From Monocercomonoides exilis PA203 (taxonomy: Eukaryota; Protista; Preaxostyla): 64,000 bases of DNA. Positions 60,300 through 64,000 of this stretch are shown here, piece by piece. Below the pieces are notes generated by a model. That model ran no database searches. It had not been told where the DNA came from and saw only the letters and a program-made list of their open reading frames with translations. The first letter of the stretch is position 1. Every line of letters starts with the position of its first letter. Location of the stretch: contig LSRY02000002.1 in assembly GCA_001643675.2 (NCBI GenBank), positions 434,001 through 498,000 on the forward strand. Reading direction: 5' to 3'. The position numbers and the translations under genes are program-made.

Positions 60300-61116
60300 T
60301 TTTTTTTTTTTTTGCTTTTTCTACAAAATTTCCATTAGAAAGAATTCCTGATCGTTTCGCAATAATGTTTTAAGAACTCCAGGAATGAATTACTCTCTGA
60401 CTTTGAATTTGAAAAAAAAAAAAACAGGAAACGAACTCACAACTGTTTCAATATTTTTGAATTCGCTTTAATGATAAAATCAATGTTATTGGGCTTGTGA
60501 CAAACATTTTCATGGATGAATCCATTTTCCCCTTAAGAGGATTTTGCTTTTCACTCCTCGCTGATTATTGTTGTTGCTTCTTTTATTCGATTAAGGATTT
60601 TTGGAATTATGGTCACTTTTTCTATGTTTGATTCAATCGCTGCAACACTCTCTTTCAAATAATCTTCAACATTTCGATTAAACACTCCAAATGTTCACAT
60701 TTATTTTTTCGTTTTTCTGTTTTTAAGTGAATAATCTATGTTATTGAATTTTTTGAAAAATTTTCAAAAAAAGTTTCATAATTATTTTTATTATAGAAAT
60801 TCCTTTTGATAAATTTTAAAAAAAATATTTTTTAAATTGAACATGTGTTTCAGATATAAAAATTTTGATCACTTCCGTCAGTAATTTTAAAAACAAGGTC
60901 AGCATTGGTTCTTTTAAAAATTTTTTTCACTGATTTTTTAGTAATTTCGTTAAATTAATCAATTTTTATTAATTTTTTCATTTTATTTTATTCTTCAAAC
61001 TTCACTTTGTAACATGGTGGAAAATACGTGTTTACAATCTTTTTTTGCATAAATCATGAAAACTTTGTTTCACTTACAAATTCAGAAAACTTTTTCACAT
61101 TTCAAAAATAGTAGTT

Positions 61117-61215
61117 CAGTCAAGACCGGATATAATCACGTTAAATACAATCACATTTGTTAATAGTCACAAAAAGTTGTGCAAAATATGATGTGATTAT
61201 GTCCGGTTTAGACTG
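61117..61215. mobile_element. 99-bp internally deleted copy of the CAGT-terminus MITE
   Basis: CAGTCAAGACCGGATATAATCAC..ATAGTCACAAAAAGTTGTGCAAAA..GATGTGATTATGTCCGGTTTAGACTG shares both ends and the subterminal block with 28773-29222. The TA flanks have decayed. Confidence 0.85.
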
Positions 61216-61487
61216 CAATAGATGAAAACTTCTCAAATTACATAATGATTACACACATCAAAATATTATTCTGAAAAAGCGGACAATATCATGTTTTGTG
61301 ATAAACAAATGAAATAGTGGAACAGTTTTTGTTCCTTTTCAAAAATAAACAAATTGTTATTGAAAATACACTTTTTGAAGATTCAGACAATAGACAGTTT
61401 ATCACAAAATTTTCTTTAGAGTTTAATTTAAATTTGTGCATAATATTTAAAAATCAATTATTTAGACGCCTCGATTACGATAAATAA

Positions 61488-61533
<46 letters not shown>

Positions 61534-62099
61534 TTTTTAAGTTTTTTTTTTAGTTTTTTTTATTTTTTTAAAATCGAAGAAATTTATTGACACTTGAATA
61601 AATACATTTTTTTGCATATCCTGTTTCATACGGATGTGAAATGGGATGATTAAAGGCATCCTGTTGAAATTCAATCAGCAATTGGTTAATAATAATATAA
61701 AAAAATTAATTTATAAATTCATTTGGGGGAAAATACGGACTTTCAAGCTTTTTATTCCAATGCATGTGAATTTTTTTCACTTATAACATTTATTAACTTA
61801 ACCTGATTTCAAAACAAATTATATTTTCATATCTCTTAACAAACACCATTGATATAATAACATTATGTTTTGCTTCCTCAAACGTATTTCAATAAATAAA
61901 CCCATTTTTTTTTAAAAATTTTTGAATCACTATAAGTTCATCTTTGGTTCAAATTTTTCAATGAAAATGCCTAAAGCAAAAAATTTTACTCCAATTGACG
62001 TACAAAAATGAAAATTTTCATTTTTCATTGAAATTAATCATTAAATATTAAATAAATTGGCATTATGATCATATCCCAAAAAATTTATCAAGAATAAGA

Positions 62100-63330
62100 A
62101 AGTTGCTGGAAAGTCTTCTGAGGGTCATCAAAAGCTGTTGGAGGAGATGCTATAGTTCGACTGGAGACAATTAATGAATCCGCTTGAGTGAATGGAAAAA
62201 ATTGAAAACGATGGAGTTGTGAATATTGAGCTGTTCATGTCGTGGATGGATTCAACAGCAAAATATTTGGAAAAATTAGAATCTAACTTGCTATGAAAAC
62301 TGTTCGGAAAGAAAGATTGACTTCAAAAGTCGGAAGATTTACTGTTGTTATTGGCGAAAAAGAACAAGCTGATTTTGATGAAACAAAAATAGAAACACAA
62401 TCTGGAACAAGCTTGACCGTCAAGAAAATGCGTGAACTGATTTGTATTAACATTTTTTGTAATGCATTAATAAAAACAAATTCGATTGAAAATGTTGTTT
62501 ATGATAAAAAACACAGAAAACTCTTCCGATATTACAGTTACTGCTTCCGTTTCCAAAGACTTCATTAAAAGATTGCCCGAATTGAAGACTTCAAAGTCAA
62601 AAATTGCAAATGCGAACAAGTGGCAATATTTTTCCAACAAGTTTAAGTGCTGAGGAATAACATGCTGTTTGGAATGCAATAGACAAATAATTTCAGCAAT
62701 GTCCTGATCTTCAAATTAGACAAGGTTTCGCTCAAGACACCAAACAGCTCCAATCAAAATGTTGTGCATCCAGTTAATGCAAAACCCTGTTTTGCAAAAT
62801 CTGCTGCACGAATGGTAAATTCTTCGTTGAATGCGGCTGTTGCTGCTGATGGTTAATCACTTCCTTCAGTGATTCTGTGGCCAAATCTCTAATTTCCTGT
62901 CCATTCGAAGCCTCTTCAATCTTCAAATCTTGAGATTTGACCGAACAAATGCGGATGGATGGAATCTTCAACATTTAGGAAGTATGCACTTTCAATACTT
63001 CTCCCTTCAATCAAAGAAAGAAGGCAACGCATGTCACTCAACGAATTTAACTGCTTGCTTCTGATTGAATTCTATATTTCTCGAACAGGTCCAACAATCA
63101 AGTAAGAATTCAAAAAAGAAAACGTTGATGTTGTGATATTCGTCCATCACAGCACACTCACATGTCAGCCACTGGACCGAGGCGTATTTGCAGTTTTGAA
63201 GTCTGAGATGAGTTCACAGTTCGATGCACCTTTTCGTCTTCTTCAACTGTGAAAAGAACAGCTCTGCATGAAGCTCTATAGCAATCAATTCATTTGGCAC
63301 AATCACCTTCAGTCATCAAAATATCTTACG
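62100..63330 (+). pseudogene. Degraded pogo/Fot1/CENP-B-type (DDE_1) transposase
   Basis: One frame with several stops reads AAVAADG*SLPSVILW..NKCGWMESSTF..CLLLIEFYISR..VDVVIFVHHSTLTCQPLDRGVFAVLKS, matching the DDE_1 motifs (A.G..LPP, GWM, LL.D.H.S, QPLD.GVF..LK). Boundaries are approximate. Confidence 0.8.
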
Positions 63331-64000
63331 AATGAATGCGGCTTTCTTAAGGACTCGTCTGGGCCAGATCTGATGCAGCTTTCTCCTTCATAGACTTATT
63401 ATCTTCCTTCTCATAAAAATCGATTTGACTCCCAAGGAAAGAAAATAACTAAAGAAAAGTTACTTAATGAGTGGGATGATTATTGGGAAAAGAAAAGCGA
63501 AATGGAAAATGAAAAAAAAAAAAAAACATTTCCGATGAAGGAAATATAGAAAAAATGAATATCACAAAAAAAGCTGTAAAGGTAGTTCATAATTCTTCAA
63601 GATGAAAACGATAAGGAGATAGAATCATCTGAAGAAATTGAAAAAAAAAATTAAAAAAAAAAAGAAATTAAGAAAAAGAAAAGTCATTTGCATATTTGAT
63701 TCAAGTTTTGTATTTTTTTAATTTTTTCAACATTTTTTCATTTCAAAAAAATTTGTTTTTAACAAAAGAAATTGGAAATATAAAAAATATGACACCATCC
63801 ATAAACTTTCTCGATGATAATTTTATTAACAAAATACAATATATTTTGAATAATAAATGGTGTTAATGGTTAACGTTTACAAAAAAATATAGAAAATAAA
63901 AATATATATGAAGTTTAATAAAAATGAATGATTCACTTATAAATATATATAAGTTTTATTTGCAAATTGAATATATATTAGAATTATCTTCATTTTATGT

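Noticed and set aside
1-64000. tRNA, rRNA, CRISPR arrays or prokaryotic operons
   Set aside because: None recognisable. The DNA is eukaryotic with spliceosomal introns and has no regular repeat-spacer array.

Overview
Eukaryotic, intron-containing, AT-rich protist DNA read with the standard genetic code: conserved genes end in TAA, TAG or TGA. The gene content and style (short GT-AG introns with poly-T tracts, TCT-encoded poly-Ser proteins, a huge Cys/Gly-rich receptor-like gene, flagellar genes) suggest an oxymonad/metamonad flagellate such as Monocercomonoides; this is inference. Two housekeeping blocks are present. The first (1-25.9 kb) holds RSPH9, a NELF-A-like protein, a poly-Ser CSD+CCCH protein, an NME8-type thioredoxin, a kelch/coiled-coil protein and GSK3. 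The second (44-59.7 kb) holds C9orf72, an unknown gene, HAUS4, a K+-independent H+-PPase, RPL23 and a PDI. Between them lies an accessory island (~26-44 kb). It contains a MITE-disrupted pseudogene and two related giant foldback (palindromic) elements: 452-bp arms at 29758-32171 and 363-bp arms at 42960-43697. An intact Merlin transposon with an 8-bp TSD sits in one arm of the first element, and the two elements bracket a 9.1-kb intronless receptor/pseudokinase-like gene with one in-frame stop. A pogo-type transposase relic and a second MITE copy lie at the right end. All family assignments come from manual motif reading, not database searches.
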